From Steroidobacteraceae bacterium (GTDB taxonomy: Bacteria > Pseudomonadota > Gammaproteobacteria > Steroidobacterales > Steroidobacteraceae), in NCBI GenBank assembly GCA_036401515.1, contig DASWUU010000155.1, forward strand, positions 8,769 to 72,768: DNA of 64,000 nucleotides. The letters run 5' to 3'. The translations under genes were made by a program, and so were the position numbers. Positions 27,516-36,574 of the stretch are shown in pieces; position 1 is the stretch's first letter; each line of letters starts with the position of its first letter. Below the pieces are notes generated by a model, which was not told the DNA's origin, did no database searches, and saw nothing but the letters and a program-made list of their open reading frames with translations.

Positions 27516-29531
27516 TTAGCTCACCCGAGTAGCCTGAAATCCGCATTGAGCCCATCCATCTCGCTGCTTCACCCAAATCTGAGTTGCCACCGCATGCATT
27601 TCGACCGTGTCACCCGTTTGCACGATACGAATAAGCTGCTTGAGTGGACCCGTAACGATGGCTGTTGCACCGATCATGCGTATATCCAAGGAGGGACGTT
27701 CCACCTCGATAATCTCGAACTTCGTGGCCATCGTTGCCATATAAGAGGCCTTGTCTTCCACAGTGCCGTTGGCATGCACGTGAACTAGATCGTCGCTCAG
27801 AAGCGATTTCAGTGTGGGCCAATCTTTGGACACCAAGGCCCTGATGCGCCTGTCCTCCAGTTGCCGGATCACAGTGTCGGTATCTTCAGCCACAGTGTCG
27901 CCGTCCGATGCAGCCGCAGTCAGAGTGCCCGAAGCCTGCGCCAACAAGGCATCGCAATGTGCCGGCAAATTATCGCCCCTCCAGGCCACATGCTGATCGG
28001 GTCGTATGAGTGCGAATCGAGCCTGGTACCGCGCGCGTAAGCGCGAATCAGGAGGCAAAATCACCGCGAGAGGAATGTTTTGGGTCTCGGCAGCGGCGAT
28101 CATCGGCGCAGCGTCGGATCGCGGCTCACTGGTGACTAACAGTGTAAAGCCCGGCCCAAAGTGGTCGTAAAGCGAGGATCCGTCGTCGAGCCAGAGATGC
28201 GGAGCCAGACATCCGGGATACGCTGACGGAACGTACAGCGTTGGATTTTCCGCCGGCGGCGAGGCGTCATCGGGCAAAATTAGAGGTGATTCGTAACGCG
28301 AACCCAGGACGACGCCGAGCGTCTTGAACTCTCGTATCTTGATTGCGAGGATGAGCTCGGATACCTCGTTGCGGGTTGCATCCCCAGCAATGCCCACGTC
28401 TTCCAGGCCTGGTCGGACGAGCTGATTGCCGACTGCGCCGTAGTTATGCACCGCCTCGGCAATCGTGCGCTGGTGTACCGCACGCCGCTCTTGCGCGTAC
28501 GAGGGCAATAATGCGGGTCCTCCCCAGCCTTGCAGGGTGGCGGCGATCTTCCAGCCCAGATCCACCGCATCACCGATGCCCATGTTCATGCCAAAGCCGC
28601 CAAAAGGCGGATGCAGATGACAAGCGTCTCCCGCAAGCATCACGCGAAGCGTCGCATATCGGTCTGCGATTAACTGCTGAGCAGTCCAAGGAAAGTTTGC
28701 GACCACCTCGATTTCAAGATCGCTCAATCCGGAAGAGCGTCTGATAAGATCGACGGGATTGAGCGTCGCCGGGTCGACATTGTTGGCCAACTTGGTGGCG
28801 ATAAAAGACCACAAGCCGTTCTCATCGAGGGGGCTCAATACCGAAGGGACATCATCGTTAACCATCCAGTACATAATTGCGGGACCGTGCGCATGTCGAG
28901 CGGACAGAGTCGGGGCACGGAATATGGTGTTGTAGTTGCGAAATGTGCCGCGATCTCCCTGCATCGTGGCGCCGATTCCTTCCCGTACCGTGCTGCGCGC
29001 GCCGTCCGCGCCGACCAAATAGCGGGCGCTCATCGTACGCGACTCGCCGGTGCTCACATTCCTGAGTACGGCGGAGACGCTTTCGTCAGATTCGACGAAT
29101 GACAGGAGTTCCGTATTGAAGGCCAATGTCACCCCGGGGAGCGAAGTCGCGTGGGTTCGCAGTACTTCCTCCAAGACGTACTGCGGTACCCACTGCGCCT
29201 CCTCTGAATACAAATTGTTGCGCTCGCGGGAGCCGTTCAAGGCATTTTCAAAGCGCGCCAATTCAGGGCCGTTCATTCGCGTGGCAAAAATGATGGTCGA
29301 CGGATAGTCAGGAGACATCGGGGAAGCGGCGCGCAGAGCGTCGGCTATTCCCCAACGTCGCAGATGCTCACGAGTCCTGACATTAGTGGTTTTTGCTCGC
29401 GGGCTATATCCAACCCGATCATTGCGTTCGACCACCACGCACTTGATGTTGCGCTGACCCAATTCAATGGCAGCGGCGAGGCCCACCGGACCGGCCCCGG
29501 CAATCAGTACATCGACTTGACTGTCAGTCAC
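27516..29531 (-). CDS. PheA/TfdB-type FAD-dependent aromatic monooxygenase fused to a C-terminal NTF2-like (DUF4440/SnoaL-like) domain
   Basis: GTG 29531 overlaps the upstream stop (GTGA). VDVLIAGAGPVGLAAAIELG, RAKTTNVRTREHLRRWGIA, GADGARSTVRE, GDACHLHPPFGGFGMNMGIGDAVDLGWKIAATLQGWGG. After ...RPDQHVAWRGD come a linker (AAASDGDTVAEDTDTV) and a 120-aa IRQLEDRRIRALVSKDWPTLKSLLSDDLVHVHANG...VWVKQRDGWAQCGFQATRV domain. Confidence 0.85.
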   Translation of the reverse strand: MTDSQVDVLIAGAGPVGLAAAIELGQRNIKCVVVERNDRVGYSPRAKTTNVRTREHLRRWGIADALRAASPMSPDYPSTIIFATRMNGPELARFENALNGSRERNNLYSEEAQWVPQYVLEEVLRTHATSLPGVTLAFNTELLSFVESDESVSAVLRNVSTGESRTMSARYLVGADGARSTVREGIGATMQGDRGTFRNYNTIFRAPTLSARHAHGPAIMYWMVNDDVPSVLSPLDENGLWSFIATKLANNVDPATLNPVDLIRRSSGLSDLEIEVVANFPWTAQQLIADRYATLRVMLAGDACHLHPPFGGFGMNMGIGDAVDLGWKIAATLQGWGGPALLPSYAQERRAVHQRTIAEAVHNYGAVGNQLVRPGLEDVGIAGDATRNEVSELILAIKIREFKTLGVVLGSRYESPLILPDDASPPAENPTLYVPSAYPGCLAPHLWLDDGSSLYDHFGPGFTLLVTSEPRSDAAPMIAAAETQNIPLAVILPPDSRLRARYQARFALIRPDQHVAWRGDNLPAHCDALLAQASGTLTAAASDGDTVAEDTDTVIRQLEDRRIRALVSKDWPTLKSLLSDDLVHVHANGTVEDKASYMATMATKFEIIEVERPSLDIRMIGATAIVTGPLKQLIRIVQTGDTVEMHAVATQIWVKQRDGWAQCGFQATRVS

Positions 29532-30370
29532 GGGATTGCAAAGAGCAAGTTTGGGGGCCCGACGGCTTTCAATTCGCGAAGCATCAAACGAAGTTCGCTT
29601 GCGAAAGTTGCGGCGTCCGCCTGATAGGACAGATGGTGTCCGGAAATTACTCGGTGGACGCATCCCACCACGTCGCTGACTATTTTTGCTGTCCGCGCAT
29701 AGTAGGCATCCTTGCTGTCGCGCCCCGAAACCGCAAACATAGGAATCTTGGTGTGCTTGATGCGCTGTAGATCGGGAGCATAGCGGCTGAAATTGTGTAT
29801 CTCATGGGCAAAGAAGAAATTCCAACTCACTTCCACCGCCTTAGCCGCATCTGAGCCCGTCGGTGGTCGGCTTGGGGGTGTGACTCCCACCAGCGCGCTG
29901 GCAAACTTACCGAGGGCTGGCCCAAATCCGCGAGCTCGAAAAATCGTCTCCGCCTCGTCGCCAAAGATAAACCACTCCTGAGCGTCGGGCAGAACCCAAA
30001 GAACAGGGGGCTCGTGCGCAACCAAGCCGGCGATATACTGCGGCGTGTCCTCCGCCATCTTCAGGGCAATATTTGCCCGCGAGCTGCTCCCGAAAACTAG
30101 TGCTTGCTTCGCATTCATTGCCTTGATCACTGCGACCGCATCGCGCGCTTGTTGCGCGATATCCCCGTCGAGTGAACGATCGCCCGTGCTGCGCGAATTG
30201 CAACGGCGGTCATAGCAAACAACCGTGTATTCGTCCTTTAAAATTGTCGATACGGCTGCATAGCGCTGCCCCGAGCCGCCGGCACCAGGAATGAGCAGAA
30301 GCAGCGGCCCTTCGCCTTCATAGTCAATGTGAATTTCCGCGCCTTCGTTCTCCACTGTCGCGTTCGTCAT
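29528..30370 (-). CDS. alpha/beta hydrolase (atypical nucleophile elbow)
   Basis: ATG 30370 overlaps the upstream stop (ATGA). LLLLIPGAGGSG..VVCYDRR; the elbow reads LVFGSSSRANIAL; ...AHEPP. Confidence 0.75.
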   Translation of the reverse strand: MTNATVENEGAEIHIDYEGEGPLLLLIPGAGGSGQRYAAVSTILKDEYTVVCYDRRCNSRSTGDRSLDGDIAQQARDAVAVIKAMNAKQALVFGSSSRANIALKMAEDTPQYIAGLVAHEPPVLWVLPDAQEWFIFGDEAETIFRARGFGPALGKFASALVGVTPPSRPPTGSDAAKAVEVSWNFFFAHEIHNFSRYAPDLQRIKHTKIPMFAVSGRDSKDAYYARTAKIVSDVVGCVHRVISGHHLSYQADAATFASELRLMLRELKAVGPPNLLFAIP

Positions 30371-31236
30371 GTGCCGTCTCCTGACGAAGGTCTTTCCACT
30401 GCGCATTGTAGAGCGAAGCCCAACTGCTGCAGCTGCAAAGCAGGGCCGACAGCGTGCAACTCCATACAGTGACCGGTATTGCGGATCATGGCGGCGTCCA
30501 CGCGGGGTGCAGCAGAGAAACGCCGCGCGAACGCTTCAACTTCGTCTTTATCTACGATCCACAGTCGGTCCTGCTCCGCCTGCCGGTAATGCACGGGAAC
30601 GCGCACGCTGGAGCAGATCGCTGCGGCTTGCGCCTGCCATCCGCCGACGATGTCGATAAGCTCTGCTTTGGGCACTGGTGCATCGGTGGCGTGGCTTGCT
30701 GCCGCTACGGCAGGGTCAAAACTGCCCGGGGGCCCGAACATCAGCTGGTCCTTAACTGCCGCAGGCATCTCAACGGTAGGCAAATCCGGGAGTGAGTTCC
30801 ACATCGCAGAGTGCGCGGCGGGCGTTCGTACGCCGATTCCTGACACGGCAATGCCCAATAAAGGGAGTTCTCCGGGATTGCCGGCCACGCCGAGAGCGAT
30901 AGCAGCGCCGATCGAATGACCGATCAAGACAACGCCATTCGCATCGGCGCGGTACTGAGTCCAAACGTCGTTGAGTGCGCCGCTGAGGAGTGCCGCCTGC
31001 CCGAGAATGCTCATGTCGTCGATGAACGGCGTCTTGCCATATCCGTACCGATCAATTGCGATTGCCGTGATTCCATTTCTTTCAGCCTGATCCAGCAGCG
31101 AATGACCGTCGACATCGAAGTACGCGGAGGTATAAGTTCCACCGTGAATAGCGATAACCAGTGGTCGCGTACCTCCCGACGCCTGTGAGATGGAAGCGCG
31201 GCCGCTAAAGACGCCGAATCGTCCTGTCGCTCTCAT
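30367..31236 (-). CDS. alpha/beta hydrolase
   Basis: ATG 31236 overlaps the upstream stop (ATGA). LVIAIHGGTYTS, elbow VLIGHSIGAAIAL, C-terminal NTGHCMELH. Confidence 0.8.
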   Translation of the reverse strand: MRATGRFGVFSGRASISQASGGTRPLVIAIHGGTYTSAYFDVDGHSLLDQAERNGITAIAIDRYGYGKTPFIDDMSILGQAALLSGALNDVWTQYRADANGVVLIGHSIGAAIALGVAGNPGELPLLGIAVSGIGVRTPAAHSAMWNSLPDLPTVEMPAAVKDQLMFGPPGSFDPAVAAASHATDAPVPKAELIDIVGGWQAQAAAICSSVRVPVHYRQAEQDRLWIVDKDEVEAFARRFSAAPRVDAAMIRNTGHCMELHAVGPALQLQQLGFALQCAVERPSSGDGT

Positions 31237-32729
31237 GGCAGACTGTCCTGTGCGCGGGTTTCGAGCGCATCAAGGTCGGCCCGGCTGAGATAACGTCCGG
31301 CACGGACCACTGCAGATACCCGGTGCAGGTTCGCAATAGCCTTGGTCGGATCGGCGTCGAGGAGTACCAAATCAGCGTTTTTCCCGCGCTCGACCGTGCC
31401 CATGGTTGTTTCGCGCTGCAGAAACCTCGCCGGATCAACCGTCGTCATCTGCAAAACGCGAAGGGGTGAGACCCCTGCTCGGGCGAGCAGATCGAATTCG
31501 TGATGCAACGAGAATCCCGAAACGATCCACTGACCGCCGAAGTCGGTGCCGGTCAACATTTTGACACCAGCTTTATCGAAGAGCCCAGTGAGTCGCAATT
31601 GGGTCTCGAACAACTCTGCCAGCAGCTTGCGCTGATCCGGCGTCAGCTTTTCGTCGAATTCGTTGCCGACATCCCGCCAAAGTGCACGCGACTCGGTAGG
31701 CGCGTAACGCTGATCCGGATTGTCCCTGAGAGCAGGCGTGTTGCCCAATTCCATCGCCTCCAGGCGTGTTAGCGTCGGCACCATCCAGGTTGAGCTCGCC
31801 GCCACTTCTGCGGCAAAGGCACGACACTTCTCTCCATCGTAGGTCTCAAGCACGCGGTGCATGAGCGCGAAGCCTTGGGGCGGAGTGAGCAGAAGCGGGT
31901 TCGCGAGCATCCGCCGCACCTGTTCAGGTTCGGCGTTGAAGTGTGAACCGCCGCCTGAACCCAACGGAATCGCGGCAATCATTGATCGGAGGGCAGCATC
32001 GTCGCGCGAGCAGTTGAGCAGCAGGGTAATGCCGGGTCCGAGATGTTCCACTGAGTTCATTCCGCGACGAATGGCCTCCCGCGCATCTAAGGCCAAGGGA
32101 AGATGCCCGGAAATGGGCAGCCCGTTTTCTCGCGCGGCGTCCTCCGCGGCAAAGAAAGCGGCCGGAGGCACATCGATCACCTTGATGAAATCCGCGCCTT
32201 GCGCTTTCTGGCGGCCGATCTCCGCAACCGCCGCGGCGGGATCGGCGAATGCCGCGCCGGCGAGGATGGTCCCCGGCATGGCGAGCAGGGCCGGAGAGTC
32301 GGGCGGCATCCGGGTTTTGCGGGCTGCGCGCTTCGCCAACAGTTCCGGTGAACCTGCCATCTGGCGAAAGCCTGTGACGCCGTTCGCGAGCATCAGCGGC
32401 AGGCTCGTCTCGGGGCTCTCGGTATTGAGGTTGTGCGCATGCATGTCATTGAAGCCGGGAACGACGAAGCGACCATTGCCTTCTATGAGTCGTCCCGCGC
32501 CGGTCACCCGGACGGTGCCGCCGCGCGCTACCTCGACAATCTTGCCGTCAGCAACGACCAGGGCGCGATCCCGCACCAGTTGTCCGGTGCGGACGTCGAC
32601 GACGACCACGTGGTCGAGTACAAGGCCTGTGCGAACGGTTTCCGGCTGCGCGGCGCCCGCGCGGCCGACGTTCAGTGCCACTAGAAGACCCAGCGCTCCC
32701 AGGTCACGCGGTCGCAAGTGTGACTTCAT
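31233..32729 (-). CDS. metal-dependent amidohydrolase (COG1228-like), periplasmic
   Basis: AGGAGAG then ATG 32729. Signal MKSHLRPRDLGALGLLVALNVGRAGAA. Then VVPGFNDMHAHN, ...SVEHLGPG..., TGTDFGG, GTVERGKNADLVLLDADP. Confidence 0.85.
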   Translation of the reverse strand: MKSHLRPRDLGALGLLVALNVGRAGAAQPETVRTGLVLDHVVVVDVRTGQLVRDRALVVADGKIVEVARGGTVRVTGAGRLIEGNGRFVVPGFNDMHAHNLNTESPETSLPLMLANGVTGFRQMAGSPELLAKRAARKTRMPPDSPALLAMPGTILAGAAFADPAAAVAEIGRQKAQGADFIKVIDVPPAAFFAAEDAARENGLPISGHLPLALDAREAIRRGMNSVEHLGPGITLLLNCSRDDAALRSMIAAIPLGSGGGSHFNAEPEQVRRMLANPLLLTPPQGFALMHRVLETYDGEKCRAFAAEVAASSTWMVPTLTRLEAMELGNTPALRDNPDQRYAPTESRALWRDVGNEFDEKLTPDQRKLLAELFETQLRLTGLFDKAGVKMLTGTDFGGQWIVSGFSLHHEFDLLARAGVSPLRVLQMTTVDPARFLQRETTMGTVERGKNADLVLLDADPTKAIANLHRVSAVVRAGRYLSRADLDALETRAQDSLP

Positions 32730-32783
32730 TCGAAACTCTCCTGCGTACAAACACGGCACCTTGCTCGCGCTGCCGCGATCTTG

Positions 32784-35225
32784 TCAGCGTCCAAACCGTG
32801 CAGAGACACGGAGGCCAAATGTGCGTGGCGCCGTGGTACCCACGGTGAGAAAATTCGCAGTCGGATGGGTCGAGTTGAACACCTGGACACGGTTGTCTTC
32901 GATGTTCTGGACGTAAGCGGCAATGGTCCAATGTTCGCTCGTCGGGCCGAATGATAGTTGGGCATTGGTTACCCAGTCCGCGGCAGCGACCTGCTCAGGT
33001 AAGTAGGCAAAGCCAATCGCGCGACTGCTCTTGTATTGCGTATCGACTCCGGCGATGAGCCGGTAGTTGCCGAGCGGTATCGTCTGCTGGCCGGCGAGGT
33101 TCACTGTCCATCTTGGAGAGTTATAGGAGGGTTGCCCCGCGCAGTTGATCAAGTAGGGTGAAGCGTTGGCGACGGCATAGGTGACCTGGCAGCCCGTAAG
33201 CGGCGGGGTGCCAGGGCCCGCGAGATAGCTGAACTGCAGCTGCTTGGCGTCGAGATACTGAAGGTCGGCGCTGAGAAGTGTCGTCGGTGTGGCCAGAAAC
33301 CGAGCTTCGACTTCGCTGCCCTCAATGCGTGACTTGCCGACATTCTGCGTGTAGTTCGCGGTCTGTCCGTGGATATCGAGACCGACGTGATTGACCTGCT
33401 GGTTGGTGTAGTTCCACAGAAACGCTTCGAGGTTCAATTGAACACGATTGTCGACGAAGCGGTTTTTCGCTCCAAGCGTGTAGGCTGTGATGTACTCCGG
33501 CTGATAGGTCTCGAATCCTGCTGCGGCCGAGAAGCCGCCAGAACGGTAGCCTGACTCGACACTCGCATAGAGAAGCGAACTTGGCGTGAGATCGAACTCC
33601 GCAGCCCCGCGATACGTCGTTCGACTGCTGGAGAGATTCCGGTTGATCCTGCTGTCAGTACGGATAATGAGATAGTTCGGAGGACCTGGCGATGTAAAGA
33701 CTGGGATCGGAGGCGCGCCGGCAGCAGGAAAGGGAAAGCCTAGCTGTGCCGATTGGTTGAACAGCGGTACGTACGGCGCCGTCGGACAATTGGGTGCGCC
33801 GAACGCGTTTACCGCGAGACAGTCCACGATAGCAGTGATTGCAGAATAGTTGAAGCTCTTGTCGTCCTTCGTATAGCGCAGACCGCCCACGAGTCGAAAC
33901 CGGTCAGTCAGGTTCGCGACCAAGCGGCCAAAGCCCGCATAGGACTTCGTGCCCAAATCCTGATCGATGTAGTTGCCCAGGTTGGAGAGGGACAGCGATA
34001 CGCGCTCATGAATCGTTTCATTGTAGAAGAATCCGCCGACGGTGAAATCGAAGATGCCCACGCGAGTTGCAGCGAAGCGGGCTTCGAGGCTGGTCTGATC
34101 GTCGGTCTCAAGGTCCTGATAGGCGAACGCAGCTGCGGGCGCGAGATAGTTCAATTCAGCGTGCCGGAATGCGGGAATGACAGTCACCGTGCCGGCAGCG
34201 GAATTTTGCTCGATATCGGCGTTGAAGCCATAGAAGCTGTTGTCCTGATAGGGATATGGCGCAAGAGCATTCAGCGTGCTTCCGTAGGGTCCAAACGGTG
34301 TCGCTTGACGATAGGCTTGAGACGCAGCGCCGAAAACTCCACCATCGTTGGGAAGTCCCGATGGCAGGAAGGTGTAATAGTTGGTGCCTGGCACGGGAGT
34401 CGCTGAGCGCGGGACCCGCGGGTTAAATGCATAGCGTCCGTCGTAGTTGACGCTGTTACCGACGCCGCCGTCGTGAGAGTAATCACCGGCCACACGTACC
34501 GTCAGATCGGGCGTGAATTCCGCCTTCGCTTGCAGACGCACTGCCCAGGTTTTTTGGTCATCGGTCCCGTCTCTGAAGTATGCATCATGATTTGCCGTCG
34601 TGGCGGACGCCCGCAGGGCAATCTTGTCTCCTACAGGAACGTTGATCGCGCCTTCCGCGTTAATAGTGTTGTAGTTTCCGTAGGTTAATGTGGCGTAGCC
34701 GGACGCTTCCCCCAGCTTTGGCTGGGCGGGCAGCACGTTGATCGCACCGCCCGTCGCGTTGCGGCCGTACAAAATGCCTTGGGGGCCTTTGAGCACCTCG
34801 ATGCGATCGAGATCATAGAACACGCCGGTGGTGGAGGTGGGTCTGCCGACATAGACACCGTCGTAGTTAAATGCGACTGCAGGATCGCTTGTTGCGACCA
34901 AGGTGAAATTGCCGACCCCACGGATAAAAATCAAATTGCCGGTGCTGCTGGGCTCGATCGACAGTGCGGGTACGAGTTGGTTTAGGCGATCCGCCTGGGT
35001 AACCCCGGCGTTCGTCAGAGCAGCGCCATCAACGATCGACAGCGGTATCGCGGCGTGCTGCGCACTTTCGGACTTACGCTGGGCTGTTACAATGATCTCT
35101 TCGAGCTGATTCCCGCCATTCGTGGTCGCGCTCGTCTGGGCGTTGGGCACCGTCTGCGCGAACCCCGTTGCCATAAAAAGCGCGAGTGAGGCGGCGATGG
35201 GGATTAAGTGAAGTCGCGTAAACAT
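32784..35225 (-). CDS. TonB-dependent receptor
   Basis: Signal MFTRLHLIPIAASLALFMATGFA. TonB-box/plug region QLEEIIVTAQRK...IEVLKGPQGILYGRNATGGAINV, followed by a long beta-barrel ending ...RTFGLRVSARFGR. Confidence 0.9.
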   Translation of the reverse strand: MFTRLHLIPIAASLALFMATGFAQTVPNAQTSATTNGGNQLEEIIVTAQRKSESAQHAAIPLSIVDGAALTNAGVTQADRLNQLVPALSIEPSSTGNLIFIRGVGNFTLVATSDPAVAFNYDGVYVGRPTSTTGVFYDLDRIEVLKGPQGILYGRNATGGAINVLPAQPKLGEASGYATLTYGNYNTINAEGAINVPVGDKIALRASATTANHDAYFRDGTDDQKTWAVRLQAKAEFTPDLTVRVAGDYSHDGGVGNSVNYDGRYAFNPRVPRSATPVPGTNYYTFLPSGLPNDGGVFGAASQAYRQATPFGPYGSTLNALAPYPYQDNSFYGFNADIEQNSAAGTVTVIPAFRHAELNYLAPAAAFAYQDLETDDQTSLEARFAATRVGIFDFTVGGFFYNETIHERVSLSLSNLGNYIDQDLGTKSYAGFGRLVANLTDRFRLVGGLRYTKDDKSFNYSAITAIVDCLAVNAFGAPNCPTAPYVPLFNQSAQLGFPFPAAGAPPIPVFTSPGPPNYLIIRTDSRINRNLSSSRTTYRGAAEFDLTPSSLLYASVESGYRSGGFSAAAGFETYQPEYITAYTLGAKNRFVDNRVQLNLEAFLWNYTNQQVNHVGLDIHGQTANYTQNVGKSRIEGSEVEARFLATPTTLLSADLQYLDAKQLQFSYLAGPGTPPLTGCQVTYAVANASPYLINCAGQPSYNSPRWTVNLAGQQTIPLGNYRLIAGVDTQYKSSRAIGFAYLPEQVAAADWVTNAQLSFGPTSEHWTIAAYVQNIEDNRVQVFNSTHPTANFLTVGTTAPRTFGLRVSARFGR

Positions 35226-35754
35226 GGATTTCTCTCCCAAGTGTCTTTTATTCGGCTCGCCAGTTCGCTGGTGGAACGCCGTTCTTTATGAATCGTGCCA
35301 GCAAGCAAAATTTCCTTTCCTGTGGATTGGCATGCGATGCCAATGAGGAAGACCCGGACCATTGGGGTTTTTGCGAGCGGCGGCGCCGTGTAAGGAATAT
35401 TCTCGAAAACCAGAGCGCCATCAGCATTCCGGTCCGCACCCACAATGTAGCCTTGCGGTTACCAGCGCTCGGCGGTCGAGCGCCGCAGGCTCGGCTAGTG
35501 CCGTCAACGCGGACATGATCGTCAGCGAAGCTGCCAGCATGATCCGCGGCATCGATGTCATCACCAAGCCGACCCCCATTTTTTTAATCGCCGAGCCAAC
35601 TACGAAAAAGTATCACCAGGTGTTGGCGGCGAGGAGATAGCATCATTGCGCGTGCGATGCTCAGAACACATCGCCCCCAAAATATAGGCTACCTGTACAC
35701 TCCAACCATACGTCGCCTTGCGCAGAGCCTGTACTGCAGATTGAAGGGGGAGTA

Positions 35755-36555
35755 GTGATGAGTCTCGACAACATTTACTTTACCCGCTGGGGCGATACCG
35801 GTCCGCGCGTCGTTTTGGTTCATGGCAGTGCCCAGGGCAGCAAGGTCGGAGGTGCTAGGCACTTCGCGCGCCAAGCGCATCTTGGCGTACAAGGTTGGCA
35901 GTTGATTGTTCCCGACCGACCCGGCCATGGCCGCAGCCCGTCACCCGGGCGCCCTGATGATGCTGAGGCCGATGCGGTGTGGGTTGCACAATTGCTCGGA
36001 GACGGTGCCCATCTCGTCGGCCATTCATTCGGCGGCACAGTGGCGCTCGCGGCCGCGGCGCGCAGGCCCGAGGCAGTACGCTCACTGACCGTGATCGAGC
36101 CGGCGATGCTGCCGCTCGCGATAAAAAGTCCGCATGTACGCCGCGTGATCTTGAGCATGATCTCGATGCAAATCTTCTCGCTGTCGGACGCGTCGCGCGC
36201 GCGCAAGATCTCTCGGCTGCTGGGTATACCCGACGAAATCCGGGGCGAATCGGACCATGCCGAGCTGACCGCGGTAGGGCGTAGCCTGAGGAAGCTTAAG
36301 GTACCTGCGAAGGCTGACATTCAGCGCGAATTAATTCTTATCCGCGACGCCAACATTCCGCTGATGGTCGTGACCGGCGGCTGGAGCCCGGCGTTCGAAG
36401 CGACCAGCGATGCCGTGGCGGCGTTGGGAGGCGGTCGCCGCGTCGTCATCCAGTCTCCGCATCACTTTCCGCAAAATATCTCAGAAGAATTCAATGCGAC
36501 TCTTGTCGCTTTCATGCGCGAAGCTGATGCGAGTCGTGCAGTCGCGGTGGTCTGA
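35755..36555 (+). CDS. alpha/beta hydrolase
   Basis: GAAGGGGGAG then GTG/ATG 35755/35758. VVLVHGSAQG, PDRPGHGRS, elbow HLVGHSFGGTVAL, C-terminal SPHHFPQ. Confidence 0.8.
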   Translation: MMSLDNIYFTRWGDTGPRVVLVHGSAQGSKVGGARHFARQAHLGVQGWQLIVPDRPGHGRSPSPGRPDDAEADAVWVAQLLGDGAHLVGHSFGGTVALAAAARRPEAVRSLTVIEPAMLPLAIKSPHVRRVILSMISMQIFSLSDASRARKISRLLGIPDEIRGESDHAELTAVGRSLRKLKVPAKADIQRELILIRDANIPLMVVTGGWSPAFEATSDAVAALGGGRRVVIQSPHHFPQNISEEFNATLVAFMREADASRAVAVV

Positions 36556-36574
36556 AGGGATTGAAGGCCGACTC

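Noticed and set aside
31861-32916. 351-aa plus-strand ORF antisense to the amidohydrolase. Similar long ORFs lie opposite or out of frame in real genes (33753-34406, 41011-41706, 42458-43345, 45303-46106, 47244-47993, 49370-50065, 55781-56671, 56112-57086).
   Set aside because: These are Arg/Pro/Ala/Ser-rich low-complexity translations with no motifs. They lie inside genes whose own frames carry clear family signatures, so they are typical GC-rich shadow ORFs.
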